Origin: Terriglobia bacterium
GTDB lineage: Bacteria; Acidobacteriota; Terriglobia; Acidiferrales; UBA7541
Reading direction: 5' to 3'
Assembly: GCA_963695545.1 (NCBI GenBank)
Contig: OY968796.1
Span: 3,552,001 to 3,616,000 of the forward strand
Length of the DNA stretch: 64,000 nt
Numbering within the stretch: the first letter of the stretch is position 1; every line of letters begins with the position of its first letter. Below the pieces are notes generated by a model, which did no database searches, had not been told where the DNA came from, and saw only the letters and a list, made by a program, of their open reading frames with translations. Positions 19,869-28,938 of this stretch are shown here, piece by piece. Both the position numbers and the translations under genes were made by a program.

Positions 19869-21368
19869 TCATGTATCCATCTGGGCGCGCTGCAGGCGAT
19901 CGGAATAATCCACGTAGATGGTTTTCCACTCGGTGTAAAAATCAAGCGCCGCGGCGCCGGCTTCGCGGTGGCCGTTGCCGGTAAGCTTGGTGCCGCCGAA
20001 AGGCAAATGCGTTTCCGCGCCGATGGTGGGCGCGTTCACGTAAACGATTCCGGTATGCAGATCGCGCGTGGCGCGCAGCGCTTGGTTAACATCGCGCGTA
20101 TAGATCGAAGCGGAAAGGCCGTAAATGACTCCGTTCGCAATTTCAAGCGCTTCATCGAGCGTGTCAAACGGAATCAGCGCCACCACGGGGCCGAAGATCT
20201 CTTCTTGGGCGATGCGCATCGCGGGCGTGCAGTCGGCGAAAATTGTCGGCTCGTGGAACCAACCCTTCGCGAAGGCGCCTTTATCCAAGCGATTGCCGCC
20301 GGCCACAAGTTTCGCGCCTTCGAGGCGGCCAACCTCGACGTAGTCCATCACTTTCTGCAGCTGCGCTTCATTGATCAAGGGGCCGAGTTCGGTTGCCGGG
20401 TCGAGACCATTGCCGACGCGCAGCGCTTTCGCGCGATCAACTAAGCGATCGCGAAATTCGCGATACACATTTTTCTGCACCAGGATGCGACTGGTGGCTG
20501 TGCAGCGCTGACCTGTCGTGCCGAACGCGCCCCACACGGCGCCGTCGATCGCGAGATCGAGATTCGCGTCAGACATCACGATCATGGCGTTCTTTCCGCC
20601 CATTTCGAGATGGCACGGCTTAAAATCCGGCGCGCACGCCTGGCTGACCAGGCGGCCGGTTTCGGTTGAGCCCGTGAAGCTGACGGCGGCGACGGCGGTG
20701 TTGGCTACGAGCGGGGCTCCCGCATCCGGTCCCATGCCGTGCACCATATTCACGACGCCAGGAGGAATGCCGGCCTCGGTGAGTATCTCGACGAGATGAG
20801 AGCTCGAGAGCGGCGTGTCTTCAGCGGGCTTCAATACGATGGTGTTTCCGGCGACGAGAGCGGGCATGGACTTCCATGCGGGAATGGCCATGGGGAAATT
20901 CCACGGCGTGATCAGCGCGCACACTCCGAGAGGTTGTCGCACGGACATGGCCATCTTGTTCGGCAGTTCGGATGGCGTGGTCTGGCCGAACAGTCGACGG
21001 CCTTCGCCGGCCATGTAATACGTCATGTCGATAGCTTCCTGAACGTCGCCGCGCGTTTCGGCGAGAACCTTGCCCATTTCGCGCGTCATGGCGCGCGCGA
21101 GTTCCTCTTTGCGGCGCACGAGGATTTCGGCGGCGCGGAAGAGAATCTCGGCGCGTTTGGGCGCGGGAGTGAGGCGCCAGGATTTGTACGCGGCGCGCGC
21201 GGATTCAACAGCGGCGCGAGCGTCGTGTGCGTCAGAGGCGGGAAAGATGCCGAGCAGATCCGAAGCGTCAGCGGGATTGCGATTTTCAAACGTGCGCGCG
21301 GAATGCGCATCGAGCCACTCGCCGTTGACGAAGTTTTTGAAAGTTTTGGTAACCACCGAGCTCGCCAT
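19869..21368 (-). CDS. NAD(P)-dependent aldehyde dehydrogenase
   Basis: [33 protein letters not shown]. Confidence 0.94.
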   Translation of the reverse strand: MASSVVTKTFKNFVNGEWLDAHSARTFENRNPADASDLLGIFPASDAHDARAAVESARAAYKSWRLTPAPKRAEILFRAAEILVRRKEELARAMTREMGKVLAETRGDVQEAIDMTYYMAGEGRRLFGQTTPSELPNKMAMSVRQPLGVCALITPWNFPMAIPAWKSMPALVAGNTIVLKPAEDTPLSSSHLVEILTEAGIPPGVVNMVHGMGPDAGAPLVANTAVAAVSFTGSTETGRLVSQACAPDFKPCHLEMGGKNAMIVMSDANLDLAIDGAVWGAFGTTGQRCTATSRILVQKNVYREFRDRLVDRAKALRVGNGLDPATELGPLINEAQLQKVMDYVEVGRLEGAKLVAGGNRLDKGAFAKGWFHEPTIFADCTPAMRIAQEEIFGPVVALIPFDTLDEALEIANGVIYGLSASIYTRDVNQALRATRDLHTGIVYVNAPTIGAETHLPFGGTKLTGNGHREAGAAALDFYTEWKTIYVDYSDRLQRAQMDT

Positions 21369-21369
21369 G

Positions 21370-21837
21370 CTATTGACTGGTGGCGGGATCGCCCTGGAGA
21401 GAGGCCGAAGGAGTTGTGGGCGGCGGCGTCTCCGGAGTCGTTGGCGCGCCTTTGCCCGCGACGTCGGAGCCGAGGCCGAGATGCTGGAGCGTGAGCGCGT
21501 CGATCTTGCCGGTGGGAGCGAGGCCCTGCGCGGTCTGGAAGCGCTTCATGGCGTCAATGGTGGCGGCGTCCCACTTCCCTGTTGGATCACCGGTGTAGGC
21601 GTTCTCGCGGGCGAGGGCCGCCTGGATTTCGGAGATGCGGTCGGCAGCCGGAGCCATTTGGCCGCGCGGTTGGCGCGAATGATGGCGCGAATGGCCGGTA
21701 TGCGTGCTGTGAGAAACCGCGCCGGCACGCTTCTGCGCGGACTGCGGCGCCGACGTCTGGGCCGCGGCGGGAATGGCGGCGGCCAGAAGCAGAGCCAACA
21801 GCATCGCGAATAAATTGTGGCGTCTCATCGCATCCAT
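21370..21837 (-). CDS. Secreted peptidoglycan-binding domain protein
   Basis: Signal peptide; IQAAL...[18 protein letters not shown] (PG_binding_1 pattern). Confidence 0.85.
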   Translation of the reverse strand: MDAMRRHNLFAMLLALLLAAAIPAAAQTSAPQSAQKRAGAVSHSTHTGHSRHHSRQPRGQMAPAADRISEIQAALARENAYTGDPTGKWDAATIDAMKRFQTAQGLAPTGKIDALTLQHLGLGSDVAGKGAPTTPETPPPTTPSASLQGDPATSQ

Positions 21838-21847
21838 CTCGGAAAAC

Positions 21848-21880
21848 CCCCACACTTAAACCCCGACGTGTGGGGCACAC
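21848..21880. repeat. REP-like hairpin
   Basis: CCCCACAC-N12-GTGTGGGG (8-bp perfect stem) followed by CACAC, between co-directional genes. Confidence 0.45.
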
Positions 21881-21930
21881 GCTGCCGACTTACCAGCAGC
21901 TCGCAGACATCTCACCACACATCTCCACCT

Positions 21931-23538
21931 CTACTGGCCGGGCGCGGGGACGGAGCCCGCAAGTAACACGGTCAAGAGATCGCCGTTATCGCCGTGGCGG
22001 ATTACTTTGAACAGGATGTCCTGGCCGGGCTTGAGCGATTCGGTCGCGCTCTCGTAGTCGGCGATCGAATTAATGGGCTTGTGATTGATTTCGGCGATTA
22101 TGTCGCCGCGTTCAAATTCCAGATCCTCGCCGAACGTAGCGGGATCGACCCCTGTGACCAGCACGCCGTGCTGGCCCGAATATTCAAGGCGCTTGGCGCG
22201 ATCCGGCGTGAGCTCTTCCAAGTGCAGGCCGAACAGCGTGGGCGTCTCCTCCGGCGCGGCGCTCGGGCTGGTGCCGGAATCGGCGTCGCTTGCGGAATCG
22301 TCGTCAGGCACGATCTTGGTGCGATCGGCGACGACCACGGATGTATCGTGCGAAGATTTATCGCGAACGTAATCGATGCTCACCTTATTGCCAACCGGCG
22401 TGGCCGCGATCGGATTCACGAGATCGTTGCCGGAACGCACCGGCTGACCATTGACGGCGGTGATCACGTCGCCGGCCTTGAGGCCGGCTTTATCCGCGGG
22501 GCTGCCGGGCGTGACGGATTGAAGCACGATTCCGTAGGGCGCGCCGAGATCGCGAAGCACGATGGGATTGTTGCTTTGGCCGTCCGTGAACATCACGCCG
22601 ATCGAGCCGCGCGTTACGTGACCAGTCGCAACGATCTGATTGTAGACGCCGATGGCCGTGCTCGACGGCATGGCGAAGCCGACGCCTTCGTAGCCGTGGC
22701 TGCCGGTGATGATCGCGGTGTTGATGCCCACGACCTGGCCCGCGAGACTCACGAGCGGTCCGCCGGAATTGCCGGGGTTGATCGCAGCGTCGGTCTGGAT
22801 AAAGCGCTGGAATTGGCCGCCGATGTTGGAGCGGTCTTTCGCGCTGATGATGCCGGCGGTGACGGTGGCCTGCAGGCCGAAGGGGCTGCCGATAGCCAGA
22901 ACCCAATCGCCCACTTGCACGCCATCGGAATTTCCGAGTTGCGCGGTGGGCAGATCCCTGCCGGCGTCAATTTTGATTACCGCGAGGTCGGTGTCCTTGT
23001 CGATGCCGACGACCTTCGCGGTGTAAAGGGTTTGATCGTCGTCCAACTGGACTTGGATCTTGGTGGCCTGATCGATCACGTGATTGTTGGTGAGGATGTA
23101 GCCCTTCTTATCGACAATCACGCCGGAGCCCAGGCTGCGTTCGGCTTGCTCGCCCGGGTCGGGCGAATCGAAGAAGCGATTGAAGAAATTCTGGAAGGGA
23201 TCGCCGCCTTGTCCCTGGCCGCCGTCGTCATCATCGTCGCCATCGCCGCCGCCGTGGCCGTGCGACTTACCTCGCTCGAGCACTTGTGTAGTCGAGATAT
23301 TTACGACAGCCGGTTCGACCTTGTTTACGATCCCGGCGAAGGTGGTGGACAACTGCACCGGATCGGGCATCGCGAGCGGCGAGGTGCCGAGCGAGAAGAT
23401 ACTGTGCGTGGCGCTGACGCGGCCGGAGATCACGGTGCCGATAAGAATGCCGATGCCCAGCGTCAGGGCGACGGCGACCGAAGCCAGCAACTTGCGGCTT
23501 CGAGTCCAACCAGCAATCTCACGCCAGGCCATGCGCAT
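21931..23538 (-). CDS. DegP/HtrA (Do-family) serine endoprotease with two PDZ domains
   Basis: LTNNHV, DLAV, TDAAINPGNSGGPL. Own TATAAT at 23607-23612; start uncertain within ~30 nt. Confidence 0.94.
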   Translation of the reverse strand: MRMAWREIAGWTRSRKLLASVAVALTLGIGILIGTVISGRVSATHSIFSLGTSPLAMPDPVQLSTTFAGIVNKVEPAVVNISTTQVLERGKSHGHGGGDGDDDDDGGQGQGGDPFQNFFNRFFDSPDPGEQAERSLGSGVIVDKKGYILTNNHVIDQATKIQVQLDDDQTLYTAKVVGIDKDTDLAVIKIDAGRDLPTAQLGNSDGVQVGDWVLAIGSPFGLQATVTAGIISAKDRSNIGGQFQRFIQTDAAINPGNSGGPLVSLAGQVVGINTAIITGSHGYEGVGFAMPSSTAIGVYNQIVATGHVTRGSIGVMFTDGQSNNPIVLRDLGAPYGIVLQSVTPGSPADKAGLKAGDVITAVNGQPVRSGNDLVNPIAATPVGNKVSIDYVRDKSSHDTSVVVADRTKIVPDDDSASDADSGTSPSAAPEETPTLFGLHLEELTPDRAKRLEYSGQHGVLVTGVDPATFGEDLEFERGDIIAEINHKPINSIADYESATESLKPGQDILFKVIRHGDNGDLLTVLLAGSVPAPGQ

Positions 23539-23741
23539 TCGGGGCTCCCAAGCGCGTCCGGTCAAATCGTCTTGCGAACGAGTTCCGCGCCAATAAAGGT
23601 CTTTTGATTATACCATCTACGCGGCGCCCACCGGCTGAACGTCGCTTGGAGATTCCAGAGAGCCAACGGGACCGATCTGGCTGCGGCGGACCAACTCGCG
23701 ACGGCCTCGCGGCCCGCAAGAATTGAAAAAACTGATGCGTC

Positions 23742-23975
23742 GGGGCGCATACCCCCTCCCCCCCGGGTATTTTTCAGAAGTATTGATTCTGAACGACTTT
23801 AAGTCCTTTGCGCCAGAACTGGTGATTCTAATGGAGTTAAAATGGCGTTTTTCAGAAGTGTTGATTCTGGAGGGTTTAGAGGCGCAAATCGGGCAGATGT
23901 GTTTGGCGTTCATGCAAAATCATAGCACAGAGAGTACCTACGTGTCAAGCTGGCGATAGAGGAAATGTATTCGAA
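23742..23975 (-). repeat. Intergenic element copy 1: promoter, leaderless 98-aa ORF start, three 39-bp repeats, C-tract end
   Basis: CAGAA(G/C)TnnTGATTCT units start at 23775, 23814 and 23853. Minus-strand TTGACA-18-TATGAT, then ATG at 23913. Confidence 0.7.
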
Positions 23976-24177
23976 CACTGCCGGGAGAGGCTGCCTTTCG
24001 CCGGAGCGCGAGTTCACGCCGGACGACGCTTACCGGGATGGAGATTGTCGCGCTAATACGGGTCTTGCGCCGGACGCTTTAGGGACGCCTCGGAGGCGAC
24101 CTTGTTCGCCGCGTGCCGCGAATGCTAAACTGCCTGGAGCGAGTGAAAGTGGCCAACCGTACACCGAGGTAAATTCA

Positions 24178-24690
24178 TTGTCCGATTCCAAGCAAGACGA
24201 AAGTTTCAAGGTAGTGGACCGCAGGCTGTTTACGCCGGAAGGCGAGTTGCGGCCGGAAGCGGCGGACGAGAAAAAACAGCGCGAAGCGCAGCCTGCGGCG
24301 CAACCGCCGCGCGCGGCCGCGCAGCCGCAGAACGCTGGAGCCGCGGCGCAGGCGGCCGCGGAAGCGCCGACACAAGTTCTGACGAGCGACGCGGCGCAGC
24401 CGAAACCTTCGCGCGGATTTGAATCGCTGGTGAATTTTATCGCGCAGAACACAGCGATGGTGCTGGGCGCGTACCCGGACCCGCGCACGGGGCAGCCCAT
24501 ACTCGATCTCGAGGGCGCGCGCGAATTGATCGACATGCTGGACGCTCTGCGGGAAACTACGCGCGGAAATCTTGCGCCGGAAGACGATCGACTGCTGCTC
24601 GACGTGCTCGGCAGCTTGAAATTGTCGTTCATGGAAATGACTAAGGCCGCGGCGAAGGCCGCGAAGGAAAAAGCACAGCCTCGCACTTGA
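24178..24690 (+). CDS. DUF1844-domain protein
   Basis: TTG start with GAGGT RBS; FKVVDRR N-terminus; ARELIDMLDALRETTRGNL. Confidence 0.8.
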   Translation: MSDSKQDESFKVVDRRLFTPEGELRPEAADEKKQREAQPAAQPPRAAAQPQNAGAAAQAAAEAPTQVLTSDAAQPKPSRGFESLVNFIAQNTAMVLGAYPDPRTGQPILDLEGARELIDMLDALRETTRGNLAPEDDRLLLDVLGSLKLSFMEMTKAAAKAAKEKAQPRT

Positions 24691-25517
24691 GCGACGCTGG
24701 TTCTTTTGACGCAATGCCGGCGGATCGACTCGAACTCACTGTACTCGGCTCCGGGACATCCATGGGAGTACCGACGCTCGGGTGCCATTGCGCGGTGTGC
24801 GGCTCGACAGATCCGCACGATAAACGCACGCGGCCTTCGATTCTGATTTCGCGCGAAGAAGGCGGCGCGAGACACAACGTGGTGATCGACACCACGCCGG
24901 ACTTTCGATTTCAAGCGTTGCGCGCGGGAATCGATCGGCTGGACGCGGTGGTTTTCACGCACGCACATGCCGACCACATTCTGGGATTCGACGACATTCG
25001 CCCGTACAACATGCGGCAAAAAATGGCCATGCCAGTTTATGCGTCCGACGCGACAATCGGTACGCTGCGGCGCACGTTTGCGTACGTGTTCGAGCCGGCG
25101 CCGGCGGGAACGCTGATTCCGCAAGTGACACTTCATCCGATTCACGGGCCGTTTGAATTGCTGGGCGCGACGTTCACGCCGATTCCGGCCGAGCATGGAG
25201 CAATGCAGGTGTTCGGATTTCGCGTGGGCGGGATGGCGTATCTGACGGATTTCGGGCGCTTGCCGGATTCATCGAAGGCGCTGCTCGCGGGCCTGGACGA
25301 TTTCATTCTCGACGCGCTTCGCGATGAACCGCAGCCGATGCATCAGACGGTGGAGCAGGCTGTGGCGCTGGTGCGAGAGCTCGAGCCGCGGCGCGCGTGG
25401 TTCACGCACATCGCGCACGATTTGCCGCACGCGGCGACGAACGCGCGCCTTGCAGCGATGGGAATGCCCAACGTGCAATTGAGCTACGACGGATTGCGGA
25501 TCGAGGTGCGCGTCTGA
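24687..25517 (+). CDS. MBL-fold metallo-hydrolase (PhnP-like)
   Basis: LGSGTSMGVP, CHCAVC, THAHADH, THIAH. Confidence 0.92.
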   Translation: MSDAGSFDAMPADRLELTVLGSGTSMGVPTLGCHCAVCGSTDPHDKRTRPSILISREEGGARHNVVIDTTPDFRFQALRAGIDRLDAVVFTHAHADHILGFDDIRPYNMRQKMAMPVYASDATIGTLRRTFAYVFEPAPAGTLIPQVTLHPIHGPFELLGATFTPIPAEHGAMQVFGFRVGGMAYLTDFGRLPDSSKALLAGLDDFILDALRDEPQPMHQTVEQAVALVRELEPRRAWFTHIAHDLPHAATNARLAAMGMPNVQLSYDGLRIEVRV

Positions 25518-26485
25518 TGGCGCTCACGGTGATGCACACGCCGGGGGAATGGTACGCGCGGTACACGGCGGCGGGAAAATTCTCCGCGCTTTCGATCGGG
25601 TGCTTCGATGGGCTGCACTTGGGGCATCAGGAGGTGCTGCGGCGCGTGGTGTCTTGCGCGCGAGGAGCCGGGACTACCATTCCCGGCGTGGTGACGTTCG
25701 AGCCGCATCCGTTGCGGATTCTGCGGCCGGCGGAAGCGCCGCCGATGATCGCGACGCTCGCGCAGCGCCTGGAGGGATTTGAACGCGCGGGAATTGAAGC
25801 GGTGCTGGTGCTGGATTTTACGCGCGCGGTGTCTGAAGTGTCGGCGCCGGAGTTTCTGGAGTCGATTCTGGTGGAGCGGCTGGGCATGGGCGCGATCTGC
25901 GTGGGGCCGAATTTCCGCTTCGGGCACAAGCAAACGGGGAATACGGATTTGCTTTCGGAGTTGGGGCCGGTCTACGGATACGACGTGGAGATCGTGCCGC
26001 CGACGCTGCTGCGCGGCGAACTGGTATCAAGCACAGCGGTGCGCACGGCCGTCGCCGCGGGGCAAGTGAGATTCGCGGCGGAATTATTGGGGCGGCCATT
26101 TGCGTTGACCGGCTCGATTCGCGCGGGCGAAGGACGAGGCGGCGCAATTCTGGTGCCGACGCTCAATATGGCGCCCGATCAAGAATTGCTACCGAAGACG
26201 GGCGTGTATTGCACGGAGACGCGGGTGGGAGAGAAGGTGTATCGCTCGGCAACGAACGTGGGTTTCCGCCCGACGTTCGATGGGCAGGCGCTTTCGGTCG
26301 AGAGCCATTTGTTCGATTTTTCGGAGATGATGGCGAGCGGCGCGATTGAAGTGCGGTTTTGGGAGCGGCTTCGGGATGAGCAGAAATTCGCGAGTGTGGA
26401 TGAGTTGCGGCGGCAGATTGAGTTGGACCTCGACGCGGCGAAGGAATTTTTCCGGAAGCGGGATGCGGAGGAGGTGCGCCCGTGA
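25517..26485 (+). CDS. ribF: Bifunctional riboflavin kinase/FAD synthetase
   Basis: FDGLHLGHQ, TFEPHP, VSSTAVR, NVGFRPT, LRDEQKF; TGATG overlap with the upstream gene. Confidence 0.95.
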   Translation: MALTVMHTPGEWYARYTAAGKFSALSIGCFDGLHLGHQEVLRRVVSCARGAGTTIPGVVTFEPHPLRILRPAEAPPMIATLAQRLEGFERAGIEAVLVLDFTRAVSEVSAPEFLESILVERLGMGAICVGPNFRFGHKQTGNTDLLSELGPVYGYDVEIVPPTLLRGELVSSTAVRTAVAAGQVRFAAELLGRPFALTGSIRAGEGRGGAILVPTLNMAPDQELLPKTGVYCTETRVGEKVYRSATNVGFRPTFDGQALSVESHLFDFSEMMASGAIEVRFWERLRDEQKFASVDELRRQIELDLDAAKEFFRKRDAEEVRP

Positions 26486-26608
26486 CGCCGGTTAGCCGCG
26501 TCCTGGAGTGCGAGCGCATCGCTTTCCGCATTCTGTGTCGGTCAGATCTTGCCGTGCAGGTCACCTCCTGGTACCGTCTCTATTGCACCGCCCTCGGGGT
26601 CTAACGGC

Positions 26609-27196
26609 ATGGATCCTCAAGCTTCTGCCGGGATGTCTCGCACGAGCGGCCCGTCGTTCGTCGATGGCGTCGATTATCGTTACTTCGGCGTAAGCGGGTG
26701 GCTCCTGTGTTTCATCTTCACGCTCGTGTTCATCGGGCCTGCGGTGCGTGTGTACAGCCTCTTCGAAAATTATGGTCATAGCATGCAGGTCTTTGCGGAG
26801 TCGCGTCATTCGTCCGCCCTTCACGTTTACTACTTCGTGGAGCAGTTCATCAGTTTTGCGGTCCGCGGCTATGGATTGTTCGCCGGAATTGAACTGTGGA
26901 AGGTCCGTCCCGGGGCAGTCCAGAAGGCTAAACTTTTTCTATTGAGTTTATTCGCGTTAGCTTTCTTGGAATATGCATCCGAGTTCGTCTGGGTATTCTT
27001 AACGGCGACGGTGGCGGCTCGTGACGCTGCACTCTCGAGAGTTGCTAACGGGCACGGCACCGAGTTTCTTTTCGAGGCTGGTATCTACGCCGGAGTTTGG
27101 TATGCCTATCTGTTGAAATCGAAACGGGTTCGCGCGACCTTTTCGTCGGAGAACCGTCTCGACATCACGTCCATTCCTCACGCGGGTATTGATTAG
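26609..27196 (+). CDS. Membrane protein, DUF2569-like
   Basis: GVSGWLL N-motif, four TM segments, WYAYLLKSKRVRATF; lower GC than flanks. Confidence 0.7.
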   Translation: MDPQASAGMSRTSGPSFVDGVDYRYFGVSGWLLCFIFTLVFIGPAVRVYSLFENYGHSMQVFAESRHSSALHVYYFVEQFISFAVRGYGLFAGIELWKVRPGAVQKAKLFLLSLFALAFLEYASEFVWVFLTATVAARDAALSRVANGHGTEFLFEAGIYAGVWYAYLLKSKRVRATFSSENRLDITSIPHAGID

Positions 27197-27257
27197 CGGG
27201 GGTTTTGGAAGCTGCAGCCTTCCAGTCGTTTAGACGCACCGCCCTCCGGGGACTGGG

Positions 27258-27387
27258 TTAAGCTGCGGCAATTTTCGCAGACGCCACCGACTTCGGTGCG
27301 GGTCACCGTGATTTCCATACCGCAATCGTGGGCGATTTGACGTTTCAATTGCTCGAAGAGGTTGGACTCGAATTCGCACACCGTGCC
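27258..27387 (-). pseudogene. Duplicated 3' fragment of the fur-family gene
   Basis: 27262-27377 matches 28431-28546 with 7 substitutions; an extra base precedes the stop codon. Confidence 0.9.
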
Positions 27388-27470
27388 GGAACGCGGGCGC
27401 GACGCAACGCTACGCCACGAGCGGCTGATCCGGAAATCGTAATCTTGCGCCTTCGCGAAAAGGAGATGAT

Positions 27471-27499
27471 GACACCGGCACACGAGAAGTGCCGGTGTC
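27471..27499 (-). terminator. Stem-loop downstream of the secreted-protein gene
   Basis: Perfect 11-bp stem GACACCGGCAC/GTGCCGGTGTC, 11 nt after the stop. Confidence 0.65.
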
Positions 27500-27510
27500 G
27501 AGAGAAAAAT

Positions 27511-28299
27511 TTACTGCTTCTCCGCCGTAAATTGGCTCGTGGTTCCGTGCAGCACGTCGGTGTTCTCGATGGTCATGGTCTTACCGTCGGCACTCACGGT
27601 CATGCGGGAGACGTCAATCACCTTCCCATCGCGTTTATCGGTTTCTTCGATGGTGTTGTCGCCCATGCGCTTGACGGAAACGCTGGTGGTGCCGGGATCA
27701 CCCATATAGGGCGCATCCGTGCCATCGAGTTTCGCGGTGTAGGATTGCCCGGTGGGGGTGGTCATGGTCGCGCTATCCCCTTCGACCTTGTACGTGAATA
27801 GGAGTCCATTGTCCGAGACGCTCTGCATTTTCGTGGTTTGCCAGGAACCCGAAATTGCGCTCGATCCGGCCGGACCTTTTTCGACTCGCGTCGCTTCCCC
27901 CTTACCCGTGACTGGACTGGAATTGGTGTCACTACTGTCGGTGTATTCGCCGTCCAAAGTGTCGCCGTCGGGAGAGACCGTCACTTTCGCCGTGAGCACA
28001 ATCTTTCCATCTTTTTTCTCGGTTATGTCAGTTGTGTGGTCGTCCACAACCGTGATGCTGATGGTGTCCCAGTACGGATCGCCGGCGACCGCGTGGTCCT
28101 GGCCATCGGCTTTGACTTCATACGCGGGAACGCAAGTCTTGCAACTGTACATGCCGTCTTGCAGCAGATAAACGTCGGGTTTCGTCGGAAGTTGGGCGTT
28201 GTTGAGCTCGATCTTCCACGTGCCATCGAAGGCGCTCTGCGCCATGGCCGCCGCAGGCATCGAGAGTGAGAGCAGTAGAATCCACAGCAGCTTTTTCAT
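27511..28299 (-). CDS. Secreted protein with two homologous beta-rich (lipocalin-like GxW) halves
   Basis: MKKLLW...AMA-Q signal peptide, AAGGAG RBS; halves FDGTWK...VSPDGDTL and ISGSWQ...VSADGKTM. Confidence 0.8.
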   Translation of the reverse strand: MKKLLWILLLSLSMPAAAMAQSAFDGTWKIELNNAQLPTKPDVYLLQDGMYSCKTCVPAYEVKADGQDHAVAGDPYWDTISITVVDDHTTDITEKKDGKIVLTAKVTVSPDGDTLDGEYTDSSDTNSSPVTGKGEATRVEKGPAGSSAISGSWQTTKMQSVSDNGLLFTYKVEGDSATMTTPTGQSYTAKLDGTDAPYMGDPGTTSVSVKRMGDNTIEETDKRDGKVIDVSRMTVSADGKTMTIENTDVLHGTTSQFTAEKQ

Positions 28300-28427
28300 C
28301 GGTTGCGCTCCTTTGAAGTCCGGCTGGGCCTGGGAAATTTGGGCCAATATACTCGCTTCCATTTCCATCCGCAATGCTGTGAGCGAAGGCGCGAGGGAAA
28401 ACGTGTCGGGCGGTGGGAGGGCCGGCG

Positions 28428-28910
28428 TTAGCTGCGGCAATTTTCGCAGACTCCGCCGACTTCGGTGCGAGTTACGGTGATTTCCATGCCGCAATCGTGG
28501 GCGATTTGACGTTTCAGTTGCTCGAAGAGGTTGGACTCGAATTCGCGGACTTTGCCGCAGCGCAGGCAGGCGACGTGGATGTGGTCGCGCGGGCCGTGCG
28601 CTTCGTAGTAGTGCTGATCGCCGCGGAGATGCAGGAGATCGAGTTCGTCGATCAAGCGATGGCGCTTCAGGAGATCGAGCGTGCGATAGACCGTGACGCG
28701 ATGGACGCGGGAATCGACGCGTTGGGCGCGCTCGAGGATTTCATCGGCGGCCAGATGGCGCTCGGCGCGGTCCATCACCTGAAGGAGGACGCGGCGCTGG
28801 CGCGTGAGGCGCACGCCCTTTTTCACCAGCGCTTTTTCCAGGCGACCGGGGCGCGAATCGACGTGAATGCGTTCTCCGGAACTGACGCGATGTGCGGCGC
28901 TCGAGTGCAT
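28428..28910 (-). CDS. Fur-family transcriptional repressor
   Basis: RLTRQRR, TVYRTLDLL, HIHVACLRCG, GVCENC. Confidence 0.92.
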   Translation of the reverse strand: MHSSAAHRVSSGERIHVDSRPGRLEKALVKKGVRLTRQRRVLLQVMDRAERHLAADEILERAQRVDSRVHRVTVYRTLDLLKRHRLIDELDLLHLRGDQHYYEAHGPRDHIHVACLRCGKVREFESNLFEQLKRQIAHDCGMEITVTRTEVGGVCENCRS

Positions 28911-28938
28911 GGCGGGAATTTCGCTTACTGAGCTGCGA

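Noticed and set aside
23775..23880. 39-bp periodic repeats as a CRISPR array
   Set aside because: The period is too short, the units are degenerate, there are only three, and no cas genes are present.
27262..28546. fur duplicate as a DGR template/variable repeat pair
   Set aside because: Mismatches are not adenine-specific, are all synonymous in the core, and no reverse transcriptase is present.
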